A stretch of DNA of 63,609 bases, counting the filler, from Octopus bimaculoides (Eukaryota): assembly GCF_001194135.2 (NCBI RefSeq). It is 5 parts of 5 records of this genome, joined end to end, with 100 filler letters (N's around TTAATTAATTAA, not from the genome) between each part and the next. Parts side by side here need not be neighbours in the genome. Positions count along the whole stretch, not along the records: positions 1 to 27,803 come from NC_068985.1; 4 more parts are not named here. One strand, 5' to 3'. Within the stretch, counting starts at the first letter, position 1; every line of letters begins with the position of its first letter. The position numbers and the translations under genes were made by a program. This document shows positions 1-13,049 of the stretch, in pieces. A model generated the notes under the pieces. The model had not been told where the DNA came from. It worked only from the letters and a program-made list of their open reading frames with translations, and ran no database searches.

Positions 1-412
1 TGTGTGTGTGTGTGTGTTTGTTTGTTTATTTATCCACCCGGAGTCGCATGCGTGTATATTGTTGGTGCGTGCGTGTGTGTGTCTGTATGCGTAATTGTAT
101 AGGATTTATACTATTTGCTTTTTTATATAATCTAATGGTAAAATTGCGGCTGCTCATATCTAGCTATATATTCATGGGTGAATACATAGCTAAGATACAT
201 GCACCTCCAAAGCAATTCTCCAAGGTGCTGTTCTCGACAAGTTACGCTGCCTCAGATCTCCATGCCACTGACGATTTTCCAAGGAAAAATCAGGGCCGAA
301 AGATCTTCCCCTCAATACAATTATAGGCATTGCCATCGAATGACGAAGAACCTGGATATTAAAATGCATCCACTTCAGCATTCTCACATTCTAGTAAACC
401 CACAACCTTAAA

Positions 413-705
413 GTGGTAATCGTTTTTGTTGACCTCGAAAGAGATGAAATTCAAATTTAACCTGATGGGGATTGGAACTCAGTGCGTAGCAATTTGCGAA
501 AAATATCTCGAGATATTCTGTCGAATGCTGTTACTAATCTGCATATTTCGCCTTTATTTATAAATACAATTATGACGGCAATCTGGCAGATTCGTTAGCA
601 TACAGGATGAAATACTGAACGGCATTTCAGCTATCTACGTTCTGAGATCTAATTCTACCGAGATCGACGTTGCCTTAAACCTCATATTGATTTCTTGAAA
701 AAGAA
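413..705. mobile_element. Two degraded SINE family B copies, head to head (- at about 413-545, + at about 577-705)
   Basis: Similarity to the ggcgagctggcagaa.cgttag...gttctgagttcaaatt...gtcgactttgcc body on both strands. Confidence 0.6.
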
Positions 706-842
706 AATATGTTTTCGAGAAAAACCCAATCGGCGGGCGTCGGGTTTCGTCTCTCATTTATGTTATTTCATTTTCGTTCATTAATGTGTTGTCCAGCCCG
801 CAGCTACTCTATGTACTGCCAGTATGGAAAATAATGAAATAA

Positions 843-1175
843 AGTAGCTTGCTTACCAACCACATGGTTCTGGGATCAGTACCAATGCGTAGCAGCTTGG
901 GCAAATCCTTGGGAGACGGAAACTGAAAGAAGTCCGTCGTATGTGTGTGTGTGAGAGTGTGTGTGTGTGTGTGTGTGTGAGGCTGTGTTTGCCCCCCACA
1001 ATCGCTTAACAACCGACGTTGGTGTGTTTACGTCCCCGTAACTTAGCGGTTAGTCAAAACAGAGCGATAGAATAAGTACTAGGCTTACAAAGAATAAGTT
1101 CTGGGGTCGATTTTTTCGAATAAAGGCGATTTTCCAGCATGGCTGCTGTCAACTAACTGAAACAAATAAAAGAAT
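843..1175 (+). mobile_element. SINE family A (internally deleted copy)
   Basis: Shares the ...accaaccacatggtt...ggaaactgaaagaag...gtgtttacgtccccgtaacttagcgg...gaataagtactaggc...cagcatggc...ctgaaac body with the copies at 4513, 41302, 50798 and 53926. Confidence 0.85.
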
Positions 1176-3049
1176 ACACGCATAAATATAAAATATCTAT
1201 AAGTGTGCCTTAGAATATATGTATATATGTTTATATGCTAGGAATCTGTCAGTTTACTTTTATGTGTCGATGTAAATATGTATCTACGTTCGTATATTGC
1301 CGTTGCCCAGTGAATACATATGTTAAAGATAATTATGTAAGATATGAAATGCTAAAAGAGAAAAAACAATAACAGAACAGACATCATAGTCTTAACCGAT
1401 TGCTCTAAAATATATATTATGTGATACTGTGTTGGAGCCAAATTGCGAACAATCGAACCTAACACGCATAGCTAAAAACATTTGTTTTCTTAACTGAAAG
1501 ATGGTGTGCGATTGTGATGATACAAATATATATTTGTCATCGATCTATTTAACTTGTATCTAACAGATCAATTGTCAATAGAAATTAGTACCATTGTAGT
1601 TTTCTCATTACAATAGCTTCCATCAGAGTCATGTGTAGATTATAACAATTTTCTCAGCGTGTTTTCGAATGCCGCAAACTGTTTTTATCTTCTGTTTGAC
1701 AATGAGAAATCAAAACAATTATTAGTTTTAATTTGACTGGAAACTAAATGTGTATCTTTATGTAGAATTGAAAAGTTGGATCTTGTGACATTCCTAATGT
1801 TTATAGAATTATAGTTCTATAAGTGTATTATGCACACGTGAACGTCGGATCGAAACTGGTTGCTACTTTTGAATCGGCTCAGTTTCGTTCTTGTAATGTC
1901 TCTCTACAGGTAATGAAGATAATTATTAAATATATATCGTTTGTTTTGACGTATGCGTATCCTCTGTGAAACCATTAGGGGAATATCTTTGATTTTGTCT
2001 TGCCTCCCAAACTGGCGAAATTATATAAACGAAGATATAACGAGTCATGCGATTCTGCCTCTACACATTTGCGCAAAACAAATGGCATTTTGTAAACTTT
2101 ATTTGATGGGCTAACATGTAGTGCTAGAGCAGACAAGTAATTAAGTATACAATTCAGAAATATGTACAGCCTAACGAGTATCAGAGCAGGGACAGTACTT
2201 CCTTAAAGAATTTATGCAAGGCTTTTGCACCTTCGCTTATCAGCTTATCAGCCTACCAGCCCTACACTATATAAAAGTGTATCGAAGAAGGTATTTCAAT
2301 CGCCCACGAGATCTTTCGAGAAAAATTACCGGGACACCCCTATCTGTAGGGTTGTAGACAATTACAAGTCTAAAGGCACATTCCAGGACAACAAGTCTCT
2401 CAAAAATTGTGGAAAGGGCACGTGTTCGGGCATCACGTATAAATTTAGTTATAGTTTCGCCCGAATCCTGTTTTATAATATATGCTGTTTTAAAATAGTG
2501 CTATATGATATCGCTCTTTCAAGACACTTTATTTCACTTAATTTATGATATATCTGTCTCCGACTCATATATAGACCAGATGGGATCGGAGAATTTTGAA
2601 TATTTTTCACGAGAGTCAGGTACGTTTAATTTTCCCACCTCATGTATATTTTCTTTTCGATTGCGGATTTCTGGAGCTTAATTTATACACGCAATTTTGC
2701 CTTCATTCTGATCTTCGAAAGAAACGTGTCATAGTGACGTTTCCTCTTCCAAATATCACCAGCAAAAAGCAATTTCTCTTTGTTCATGTTTAAATCCGAA
2801 GTGAGATGAGCATGCAGCCGATTTTATTATTGTTCGCTCACTACTTTTCTTCCTTTTTCTTTGCGCTCACTACTTTTCTTCTTTTTTCTTTATGTTTTGT
2901 CTTTTACTCTATGTGCGTAAAATGCATTCTTTTCAGTTTTCTTATGTTGAGGCGTGGCAATTATTATTCATCTCCTTATTTTTTGCTTTTGTGGTGACAT
3001 AGGTTAAAAGATTTATTCTAAAATATAACACAAAAATACTTTTATTCTC

Positions 3050-3735
3050 TTCTCAGACCCTTACAGAGGTGAATCTAAAATATAAAATGTTATCAAAATG
3101 CTAGTATTATTATGTAAAACAAAGGAGGAAAGTATTACTCGTATAGTAAGTGAATGTAGCATGCTGGCTCAGAAACAATACAAGAAAATACGTAACAATC
3201 TATGGAGACTAATTTACTGGGAGTTATGTCGTAGAAAACTAAGATTTGCCCAAACTGACGAGTGATATGAACGTGAACCTTGTAAAGTATTAGAAACTAA
3301 GAAATATAAGATGTTGAGGGATTTTAACATTCGGACCGACAGGGTAATAGAAGAATGGTCTTATTTAGAGAATAGAAAGTGGTGTGTAATTGACTTTCAG
3401 CCCCAAATGAGGAAAAGGGAATGAGGAAAGTATAGAGAAAATAGAAATGTACCAGAAACTAGCTATTGAGTGACTGAAGCTATGGAAATGCGGGCAAAAT
3501 GTACCCGTGTAGTTTTATGTGCATTAGGAACTGTTCCGAAAGATTTGAACATGTCTCTAGAGGAAATTGACAAAAAAAGACCTAGTTTGGTGCAGAAAAC
3601 AACATTATTACGGACAGCTAGAATATTTAAGAAAATTCTTAGCCTCTGCGGTTAATTCTTGTAGCCTAATGCTAGGAAATTTGTCCACCAGTATAATGTG
3701 TTGCGCGTGTTTGAAATAATTATAATACTAATAAT
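3050..3735 (+). mobile_element. R4/Dong-type non-LTR retrotransposon 3' fragment (zinc-finger remnant and restriction-like endonuclease)
   Basis: Degraded IVSECSMLAQKQYK, DFNIRTDRVIE, VVLCALGTVPK and VQKTTLLRTARIFKKILS, ending in a taata-rich tail. Confidence 0.75.
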
Positions 3736-3879
3736 CGTCCCACATTTGGTATCTTCAATAAAATTACCCATTAGTGGTAATGGATAAGACACGTAACTTA
3801 TTAAAAAAATCACGTAATATCAATAGACAAGAGCACATATTTCAACGCAAACCCTCCATTTTCAACAGCACAAGGACGA

Positions 3880-6490
3880 AAAACATCTAAACGTGTCAAT
3901 TGAACCCGAGAAAAGTATAAAGAATTGATACACGAATTCTATCTCTCATTGGTCCAACAATCTGAATCAAAGCACGCAGTAGATTTTTTATGGTAGGGAG
4001 GGAAAGAAATCTAGAAATGAAACAAAACATACATGAAAACAAACTTGCAGGTATAAGAAGAGACATTCCGAGGAACAAGTGGCTTTCAGATAAAAAATAT
4101 ATATAATTAAGAGGAACGTTGAAAACATTTGAAAATATCAAAGCTAGGAAGATATGAAAACGGATATTCGACAGAAGAGGATCAAAAAGTAATGACCAAA
4201 ATATCACCGGATGAAATTAAATGTAACAGAAATACAAAGGACTGTTTAAACTGAAAGGCAGATTAACAATATGGATGAGGACAGTTTGACTCATGAGCAT
4301 AGAGATCGAACACAAGAGAAAGTAAAAACATACATCAGTATGAGTGAAAGGGATTCATTGCAAAAAGATGACAATCAATAACTAGAACAGGACATGCATG
4401 AGAATTGGAAATCACGCAGTTAGCGCATTAATTGAAGAGATGGAGCCTTATGTATCTAAATTACATGAAGTTATATATGCAACAGCAACCATAATAGAAA
4501 ATAAATATAGTCGCAGGAGTGGCTGTGTAATAAGTAGCTAGCTTAACTACCACATGGTTCCGGGTTCAGTCCCACTGCGTGGTACCTTGGGCAAGTGTCT
4601 TCTACTATAGCCTCGGGCCGCCCAAAGCCTTGTGAGTGGATTTGGTAGACGGAAACTGAAAGAATCCCGTCGTATATATGTATACATACATATATATATA
4701 TATATGTGTGTGTGTGTGTATATGTTTGTGTGTCTGTGTTTGTCCCCCCCAAGATCGCTTGACAACCGATGCTGGTGTGTTTACGTCCCCGTAACTTATC
4801 GGTTCGGCAAAAGAGTCCGATAGAATAAGTACTAGGCTTACAAAGAATAAGTCCTGGGTTCGATATGCTCGACTAAAGGCGGTGCTCCTGCATGGCCACA
4901 GTCAAATGACTGAAACAATTCAAATAGTGAAAAAAAAATATGTGTCAAGTAAAAGGCAAAAAGGATACAACATTGATGAGAAGATTCCCTGAAAGATAAA
5001 ATTCGAGCAAGAAATAGAAACGATGAGGTAAGAAATCTAAACGTTGAATAAGATATATGCTGGTAAATCTGTTTACTTGAGGAAAGCGGGGGAAGGTGAT
5101 TAAGAAGTACAGAATTACTTCAAAGCAAGATATTCTATCAATCAAAGAAACCTTGAAACAGAAAGTGCAGCTGAATGTTTGGAAAATGAAACGGGTTTAA
5201 TAGGCAAAATATGTTGTTTATGTCAGATGCAAAATATTTTCACCGGGAAATTGGAACACAGACAATTCAGGTAAAAGTAACAGTTTTCAATTCCTGAAAG
5301 AGGAGAATAATGGAAAACAGTACAGAAAAAAAATCCTTTAAAGAGTATACAACAAATGATAATCTCCTGGCATTGGCAAACTGCCCAACTTCTGGCTATT
5401 ATCTCCTACACCTACATGTATCGTACTACAATGCTATAACGAAATTATGCACAAACCTGAGAACAAACATGATTGCTTTGCACAAGGTATAACATATCAC
5501 TTGAAGATAAAATATCAACAGGAACATAGTATGTATAACATACCAATAGGAACAAATATTCCAGAAATTTACCATCTCATCACCTCTCTTTCTACGTCAT
5601 TAACAATTTTCTACTAAATTGTGACTGAGGCAGCCTAAAAATTTAGGGAAGAACATCATCTTTCCCCCATTGAGAAGAAAGTTTGCTGCCTGCGGGTCTT
5701 GCAGGTGAGCAGACCAACTTCTAATTAAGCGTATCATCTTGGAAAACTGACATAATAACCACAGTGATTACAGTTAATTATGAAAAAGGTTTTGACAATG
5801 TTTCCCACTCATGGACCTTGCTTCAACTTTGAGTGTATTGCCCTCCACACACACCAACACAGAAATATAAAACTATGCATGACAGCGTGAATAATATGTA
5901 TACAACGTCAAGAAATAACTGATACAAGTATCTTCCACATACAGTTACAGGATACGATGATGTGACGATTATTTAGGATTTTCCTGTGATCATCAAGGCC
6001 AATAGACGTAATATAATTCAAAGGACCATACAAATAAACATGCCTTTCACTTGCCACGAACATACAAACTTATCGTATCTCATGGAAAGTATTCCGAAAG
6101 CACAGTAAATATAAAGATGTGATAGTTTAAATTGACATCCTAAGGAATGTACAGTACAATTGATAGTCGGTGGACTAGGAATGAGGCAACTAAAGAAACA
6201 AAAGTGGGTGGATCGCATACCTGGAAAGTCATATTTGCGTGATATACAAAAAATAGAGCTTACTGGCAATTTCAACATTTTGAGGGCATTATCAATCTAA
6301 ATACCTTTCAAAGATACATGATATTTAATTTATGACCTTCTGGAGGACAATCGTAAGTCAATTGTTTGTTAAATGTGCATATCATCAAGTCTTGTCATAG
6401 GTATCTTGGTGACACTCGGCAAGATATATGAAAGATGCAGAATTCAAAGAAAGCCAAAGATAACAATAATAAAAATAATAATAATGAGAA
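3880..6490 (+). mobile_element. R4/Dong-type LINE fossil, heavily degraded, interrupted by SINE A
   Basis: RT remnant near 5710-5815 (QLLI...NYEKGFDNVSHSW) and C-terminal WVDRIPGK..LRDIQKIELTG..ILRALSI at 6205-6300; (TAA)n tail. Confidence 0.7.
4513..4925 (+). mobile_element. SINE family A, near full length, inserted in an R4/Dong LINE fossil
   Basis: tRNA-like head (ggttcagtcc B-box-like), central AT/GT microsatellite and conserved 3' body; CpGs intact. Confidence 0.9.
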
Positions 6491-6592
6491 GAAGAAGAAG
6501 AAGAAGAAGAAGAAGAAGAAGAAGAAGAAGAAGAAGAAGAAGAAGAAGAAGAAGAAGAAGAAGAAGAAGAAGAAGAAGAAGAAGAAGAAGAA
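6467..6592. repeat. (TAA)n then (AGA)n microsatellite
   Basis: Direct reading. Confidence 0.98.
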
Positions 6593-7792
6593 CGAGACAC
6601 TTCTAAACAAAATTTCAGTTGGAGGAAATTGAGATGTGTACTAGGACGTTTCTTTTATATTTCGTATTTTTGATTATTATAGGTAGCGATTTGGCTTTGA
6701 TTCACTTGTCACTCTAGACAAGTATTTCTCAGACTATATTAGAAACGCAATTACTTCCTGTCAAATTTTATACCATCTTATACTATACAATTTTAGTGTG
6801 AATGTGTCTTGTTTGAAAACTAATATGTCTACCTATCTGGGAATTTATCTTGATATAATATATAGTTTAGAAGATTTGGCATTTAAGCACTTCTAATTTA
6901 TGTTCATTGATTGGTTTTTAATTGACTTGTTAGCTGTTTAGTAGGCTCTTTAGAAACATTATGCTGATGGATATGGGTTATGCCCAAAAGTCATTTGTTT
7001 TGAAATACTACGATGGAATTTGCCATAATTAATAAAAGCCTCAAGCATATTTCAATCAGACCCTCAAACAATAAATCATATGGAAAATTTGCGTATGAGG
7101 AAAAATCCATTCGGCATCCACTTGAACAGTATCATTCATTCCCTTGCTAATTTGTAGAGCTATTTCAAACAGCTGCTATCACGCATGCGACGGACCCAGC
7201 TGCCCATTGTGTTTCTCATTAAGATTAAAACTTCTGCCCGGCAGAAAAAACAAACGGCCGATAGTCTGTCTCCACTTGTTAGTGTAAGCGAAAATGTATG
7301 CATGAAAGGTGTGGCCGAAAGATTTGGCAGAGCTTTTACTCTCAAAACCAAAATCTTATCAAATTCTTGAAGTATCAGTTAAAAACTGAGAAGACATATT
7401 AAATGTTGCTCTTTTGTAGGATTTATGAAAAGTTAGTGATGTCTAATGACTTCGTTAATGAACCCACACGAAGTATGCAACTGATGATTAGCTGTCAGTA
7501 TTAGGATTACGTTTTTAGTATTTCACGGTAATCCAGGTTTGTACGAAGATGTTCCGAACCACCAATATGGTAGCCTCTTCTTTCTAAGGATTTTTCTTCT
7601 AGTATTTCGTATTATAATGTTTGTGCTGTGTATTTTAATCAATTTCTTAAAATACCATTATTCCTTTTGGTTTCTCCCTTTCCTTGAGGTTAACCCATTT
7701 TTTATTGATTCCCTATGCATTTCATTTTCGGATTGTCCCGGACATTTTGGACAATTATAACCAACGTATTATATTTTATTATCTGTATTGCA

Positions 7793-7887
7793 TCCTTTCG
7801 GAGTCAATAGAATAAGTACCAGTTGATCACTGGTGTCGATGAAGTTGACTAGATCCTTCCCCTCAAAATGTCACGCCTTGTGAAAGG

Positions 7888-7918
<31 letters not shown>

Positions 7919-8353
7919 GTCGTAGGAGAAGCAGAATCAGTAGTATGCTTATTTTTACGTTTATTTCCATCGCCCTAGTTGGAAATATATTGACTTCAAA
8001 TTTTGACACAAGACCAGAGGTTTTAGTGGAGGGGCTAGGTCAATTAAATTGACCGCAATCCTCCACTAGCCTTTATTTTTTATCGGGCCCAGAAGGTTGA
8101 AAGCAAAGCCGACCCTGGTGGAATTTGAACTCAGTACGTTCTTTTCTACTCTAGGCACAAGGCCCGAAATTATGGGGGAGGGGTCCAGTCGCGAAGATCG
8201 ACTCCTGTACGCAAATGGTACTTAATTTATCGACTCCAAAAGGATGAAAGGTAAAGTGGATCTCGGCGGAATTTGAACTCAGAACGTAAAGACAGAAAAA
8301 TGCCGGTATGTATCTCACTCGGCGTGCTAACGATTTTACCAGCTTGTCGCCTT
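7793..8353. mobile_element. Cluster of three SINE family B copies (+ 3' part 7793-7918; - 7985-8140; - 8146-8353)
   Basis: Body motifs ggaatttgaactcag, ggtacttaatttatcgac and the (TTA)n tail. Confidence 0.75.
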
Positions 8354-8419
8354 AATTGTGCTTATATTAACCACACATATACCTTAGTTTGGAGTTTTCA
8401 AGTGTTCTACTTTAGATTT

Positions 8420-9000
8420 GTTTAAGACCAAAAAGAGCTTTGATATTGTTAGTGTTTTGTATGATTCTTAACTATACATATATTTCTTGTATATTTTGAT
8501 AATAGTGTCCGCTTTAAAAACTTTCAACCCGTACTAATACTAAAAATTAAATTTCTAAGCCAAATTTTAGTGCGGGATTTTAAAATGTTCCCTTATGTAT
8601 CTTGCCTCATTTTCTTCAGGCTTCCTAATTTATTGAGTACCCTGCTACGAATATATATTTAGCAGTTACTAAGTTATATAGAACACTGATGGTAACTACT
8701 ATTATTTGCATTAAAATTGACTTACCTATTTAACTAATGTGTTTAACAATGTTTTTATCTCACGCTTTCTGTTACTCTCTTCGTTGTAGTTTGTCTCCTG
8801 TACTGTCTCCTAAGTATTGGTTTGTTTGTGGTTGGTTCAATCTTTTGATCTCTTCTTTCACATTGTATAAGAATTCTTGCTTAATATTCTTCTCTTCAAG
8901 ATCCCTTCGAATACATTTAGTAATCCGACTTCATCTCAGTTAAATTCGAAAATCCATGTTTTCTGCAACAGAGTACGGATTTACGAGAGACAAAAACCTT
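8420..9000 (-). mobile_element. R4/Dong-type LINE fragment
   Basis: Minus frame EIKRLNQPQTNQYLGDSTGDKLQ resembles the post-RT YKYLG region. Confidence 0.45.
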
Positions 9001-10559
9001 CCACTGTCGTTATAATTACCCCCACAAAAACACTCTTACTGGAAAGTGATAATTTTAAAATTACAGTCAACAGAACGTAATTCAGACGCTATCCATATAG
9101 CCATATGTTATATTTTGCGGAGTGTCCATAGCCTTCGTGTTAAGTTGAGATTTTGAAGTATTTTGTCACACATTTTAAGAATTTATTTGTCATACCGTTG
9201 GGATACGCACAAATTGCTTTTGTGTCGTATACTGCCACACATGTGGAGGATATCAAACCGATGCTGAATTGTCCAGCTATTTTATTATCTTGAATTCCTG
9301 ATCATCATTATGAAATTGTCCCATTTTCATGATCCTCAACTATTCCTCAGTCTTTTATATCCCTTACACTTGATATATTTCACCTTTTTAACACATGTAA
9401 ACCAAACAATATTTTACAAGCATCGCAATTTGCTATACTTATGTTACAAAACGTCAGCCATTATCTACTTTAAATATACTACTAAGGTGTAAAAACTATA
9501 CGTATACATTGTGAAATATCTGTTGAGTGCAAAAGGTAAATGTGACTTGGTTGAGTATCACTGACCTATATTGTCACGAAATTATTTTGCCGAATATATA
9601 AATTTAGACACATTAGTTTGCGAGAATTTTTGCTGAGTTCTCAGAGAAATACAGTTATCGGTTAATTAAAATACAGCTTCCTTTACCTCTTCATTCCCAT
9701 TGGCTATTAATTTCATAATGTATTCTAATAAAATTGTTTGTGACCTTCCTATAGGTATAGATGTTAAGCAGTCAATTTGCATATTCAGAAATTTCCCTGG
9801 ACTTACCTAGTTACTTTTCACATTTGTTCTTTTATTTTATTCATTTTTTACACTACAATTAAAGAGCAGAACAAAAGTCACCATAGAGATATTTTACATA
9901 TTTTCACACCCTTTTCTAAGACGACACCTTAACGCACCGGACAAAATGATACACAGCATCTCGTCTTTACGTTGTGATCTCAATTTCCGACGAGTTTGAC
10001 TAATGCTTTCTTCTCTTTCTTATTCGATGAAATAAGTACCTGATAAGCAGTAAGGTTGATGTATTCGACTCATCCCCTCCACCAAATTTCAGGCTTTGTG
10101 CCAAAAGTGGAAAGGATTAACATCATATTTCCCCTTTGAGATCATGTTACATACTTAGTCTTTAAACGCAAATCTTACATAACTTAATAGCAATTTTAAA
10201 AAATTAACGATTGGTTAGGAATAAGTTTTTTCTTACTACTTTTAATCTGGTATTCACTGAGTTTTCCTTATTCTTTAATGTTTATTTTATATTTTTTATT
10301 AGGATGGTATATTTACACACACACACATACACACACAAACACACATGTATACTCACTCATACACTCACGTATACACACACGGAGAGATTCGTTCGAGTTT
10401 CTTGACATTTACTGTATGGCTATTCTTTCTTTAACACGGCTTCTTCCAATTACCTTTTTCCTTAACACCAATGATCAAATTTGTTATTCTCTATTTAGTC
10501 CACTACATTTCAATGAGCCGCACTTTATTCCTCTTGCTAAATCCCCCGTTAACCAATAA

Positions 10560-11450
10560 AACATTTTTATTCAGCCTTCTTTATTTTGTTCTCTCCTCAT
10601 TTTGCTTATAATTCCTTTCAGCTACTTTTATATACGTTGCACATGCATGCTTCGCTTCACATTTACTAACGTATAACTCTGGCACTATAATTGCTAAGTC
10701 TACTGTGACTCATATATCACATAATGTTCTGCCTCCACCATTTTGTTTTGTCTGTATAATCAAGTAATACTGCTTCATGGATGTAACTAATTTTGCATTG
10801 TTAAAAACTATTTGTACCGTGTACTCATTATATCTAGTTCATTTTTGTCCATAGATGGAAAGCTATTGTATAATTCAATATCGGTTCTGTCCAGGGTTTG
10901 ATCAGTTAATTGTATCGATTCCATTTCATTTGGTTTCTAAAATCCTCCCTTCCATCCGTTATATTCTAGAACAACTTTATACTTCATTTCCTTCTGTTGC
11001 ACTTCCTCGTTTTGCAACATCTACTAAATATATTTAGACCTCGCGCATTTTCACTTATATTATTACCTTGCTATCTGGAAGAGTGGGTCCTTCACACAAA
11101 GCTTGTCTTTAATATGTCTTCATTTTATTTTCTTTGTAAAAATTCAACATTTTTTAATATTCTTGTTGAATATTTGAGGGATCAAGTTCATTCCAGTTTT
11201 GAGTTTAATAATTATACATTCAATCTGTCTTCTAACATCATTGTTCCATTCTCTTTTGCTTTCTCCTTTATAAATATGATTCGTAATATTTATGCGCCAA
11301 TAATGGCTTTATACGCCTAGCATCTATAATGTCCTTGCCGGAAATTGTAGGACATCAAACATTGCAATCTACGGTTTTCTTTAAATTACTTTATATTCAG
11401 AGACAAATTTCAATGAAATAAACTTGCGTCTAATTACTAATTAGATATTT
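10560..11450 (-). mobile_element. Degraded LINE fragment, probably R4/Dong type
   Basis: Purine-rich minus strand with a DQTLDRT remnant resembling the DQALRT motif. Confidence 0.35.
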
Positions 11451-11508
11451 TCTTAAACTGTGCGTGATCTTTTAATCATGTCAGAAATCATCATCATCAT
11501 TATCATGA

Positions 11509-11531
11509 TTCTTCTTCTTCTTCTTCTTCTT

Positions 11532-11622
<91 letters not shown>
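11509..11622. repeat. (TTC)n(TTA)n compound microsatellite
   Basis: Direct reading. Confidence 0.98.
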
Positions 11623-11623
<1 letters not shown>

Positions 11624-11817
11624 GGCAGTAAGCCGGTGGCATTTCGCTCGTCGCTATGTTCTGAGTTCAAATCGCATCGGTGTCGACTTTGCGATTCATC
11701 ATTTAGGGTCGAAAAATTAAGTACCAGTTGATTACTGGAGTCGATGTCATCGACTATACCCCTCCCCCAAATTTCAGGCCTGGTGCCTATAAAAGAAAGC
11801 ATTATTATTATTATTGT
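11622..11817 (+). mobile_element. SINE family B between TTA tracts
   Basis: aaggcagt...gttctgagttcaaat...gtcgactttg...aaagcattattatt. Confidence 0.8.
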
Positions 11818-12717
11818 TCAGTAGTTTTATTTTTATAACGTGTTTTCACTTCACTACCGGGCGCAGCTCTGTGCGCCTTGGGTATGTGCTGTGGTTTGCT
11901 GTGGAGCTCTTACGTTTACTGTATTGAAAGTGTTTTGCGTAGAATGTGTGCAGTACACAGTAGTGCAATTTTTTGTATGTTATATATATTTGTAAGTCCT
12001 GGTGTGTTTGTTATGTATTTGTCTGAATATTTTTTTTTATTATACCTAAGGCACCTACTATGATAGGAATTGTTTCTGTTTTTAGATTCCACATTCGAGT
12101 TATCTCTATTTCCAGGTCTTTNNNNNNNNNNNNNNNNNNNNNNNNNNNNNNNNNNNNNNNNNNNNNNNNNNNNNNNNNNNNNNNNNNNNNNNNNNNNNNN
12201 NNNNNNNNNNNNNNNNNNNNNNNNNNNNNNNNNNNNNNNNNNNNNNNNNNNNNNNNNNNNNNNNNNNNNNNNNNNNNNNNNNNNNNNNNNNNNNNNNNNN
12301 NNNNNNNNNNNNNNNNNNNNNNNNNNNNNNNNNNNNNNNNNNNNNNNNNNNNNNNNNNNNNNNNNNNNNNNNNNNNNNNNNNNNNNNNNNNNNNNNNNNN
12401 NNNNNNNNNNNNNNNNNNNNNNNNNNNNNNNNNNNNNNNNNNNNNNNNNNNNNNNNNNNNNNNNNNNNNNNNNNNNNNNNNNNNNNNNNNNNNNNNNNNN
12501 NNNNNNNNNNNNNNNNNNNNNNNNNNNNNNNNNNNNNNNNNNNNNNNNNNNNNNNNNNNNNNNNNNNNNNNNNNNNNNNNNNNNNNNNNNNNNNNNNNNN
12601 NNNNNNNNNNNNNNNNNNNNNNNNNNNNNNNNNNNNNNNNNNNNNNNTTGAGTCTTGAGCTTCTCAGCCATTGCTGGGATTTTTCTCTGTCTATTTCTTT
12701 CGCATTTAGTTTAGCCC
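11818..12717 (-). mobile_element. R4/Dong-type LINE 3' fragment spanning a gap
   Basis: KDLEIEITRMWNLKTETIPIIVGALG and NIQKIALLCTAHILRKTLSIQ-stop; EKSQQWLRSS on the other side of the gap; TTA tracts on both sides. Confidence 0.85.
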
Positions 12718-12796
<79 letters not shown>

Positions 12797-12798
<2 letters not shown>

Positions 12799-13030
12799 GG
12801 CAGTGAGCTGGGAGATTCGTTAACACTCCGGGAAAAGTGCTTAGGAGTATTTCGTCGTCTTTACGTTCTGAGTTCACATTCTGCTTTGGTCGACTTTGCC
12901 TTTCATTCTATCGGAGACGATGAAATAAGTATCAGTTGAGCACTAGGGTCCATGTAGTCTATTAGGCCCCTCCNNNNNNNNNNCTATTAGGCCCCTCCCA
13001 CAAAACGTCAGGCCTCGTGCCTATAATAGA
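12797..13030 (+). mobile_element. SINE family B following (TTA)n
   Basis: aaggcagtgagctggg...cgttctgagttca...gtcgactttgcc. Confidence 0.8.
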
Positions 13031-13049
13031 AAGTTTTCTTTTTTTTTTT

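Noticed and set aside
1824-2621. Short exon-like segments (1824-1909, about 2577-2621)
   Set aside because: Open frames and donors are present, but acceptors are weak and the peptides are unrecognisable; within chance expectation.
6373-6632. Poly-R/S/F/K ORFs and similar YI, VC, TH and N-filled ORFs throughout the track
   Set aside because: Translations of microsatellites or assembly gaps.
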